From Prasinococcaceae sp. CCMP 1430 (taxonomy: Eukaryota > Plantae > Prasinodermophyta), in the NCBI GenBank assembly GCA_013416795.1, contig RQSC01001236.1, positions 56,902 through 120,901 of the forward strand: a stretch of 64,000 nucleotides of DNA. The letters are read 5' to 3'. Made by a program: the position numbers and the translations under genes. The notes beneath the pieces are model-generated. The model was not told the DNA's origin, made no database searches, and was given only the letters and a program-made list of their open reading frames with translations. Of the stretch, positions 63,865 through 64,000 are shown in pieces; position 1 is the stretch's first letter, and each line of letters starts with the position of its first letter.

Positions 63865-63999
63865 TTAGAGGACGTCGACGAACTGCGTCGGCTTCTTCGG
63901 GTCGATGCGAATGCTCGACGGGAGCTTGCCCTCCTTCTGCATCTTGAGCACGACATCGCGCACCTCCATGTTGACTCGCACAGCCTTCCGGCAGTTTTG
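63865..63999 (-). CDS. 3' end of an unidentified gene entering from the right edge
   Basis: QNCRKAVRVNMEVRDVVLKMQKEGKLPSSIRIDPKKPTQFVDVL* with strong GC3 codon bias. Confidence 0.75.
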   Translation of the reverse strand, partial: QNCRKAVRVNMEVRDVVLKMQKEGKLPSSIRIDPKKPTQFVDVL

Positions 64000-64000
64000 C

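Overview
Very GC-rich, gene-dense eukaryotic nuclear DNA: about 35 protein-coding loci in 64 kb, short GT-AG introns with CTGAC branch points, and TGTAA poly(A) signals after several stops. OHP2, a PLGG1/LrgB-type transporter, a plant-type MKK3-NTF2 kinase and the TGTAA signal point to a green alga, probably of prasinophyte grade (inference). Recognisable genes include SRPRA, RRP42, NUP205, a CNNM transporter, SEC23, an ODF3/SHIPPO-repeat protein, MAD1, a rhodanese, MKK3, NIFK/Nop15, OHP2, a nitroreductase, CFAP119, a DNAJB12-type chaperone, SRP40/Nopp140, two 2OG-Fe(II) oxygenases, a DOT1-like methyltransferase, DMC1, an MFS transporter, Maf, RPN1, beta-COP, RPL10 and mitochondrial uL30. I found no tRNA, rRNA, CRISPR array or transposase. 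N-gaps, including four single-n joins, remove several 5' ends. The best lead is a recurring coupled-ORF architecture (uL30m overlapping a second ORF, a Cys-rich small ORF 35 nt before a 2OG oxygenase, an ATGA stop/start overlap before RPL10, and an alpha/beta-hydrolase read in frame into LrgB). Other leads are a ~180 bp near-perfect hairpin made from an ankyrin-gene fragment, a duplicated 72 bp telobox-like module upstream of RPL10, and an ankyrin-RING-2OG oxygenase. All homology calls are by motif recognition, not database search.
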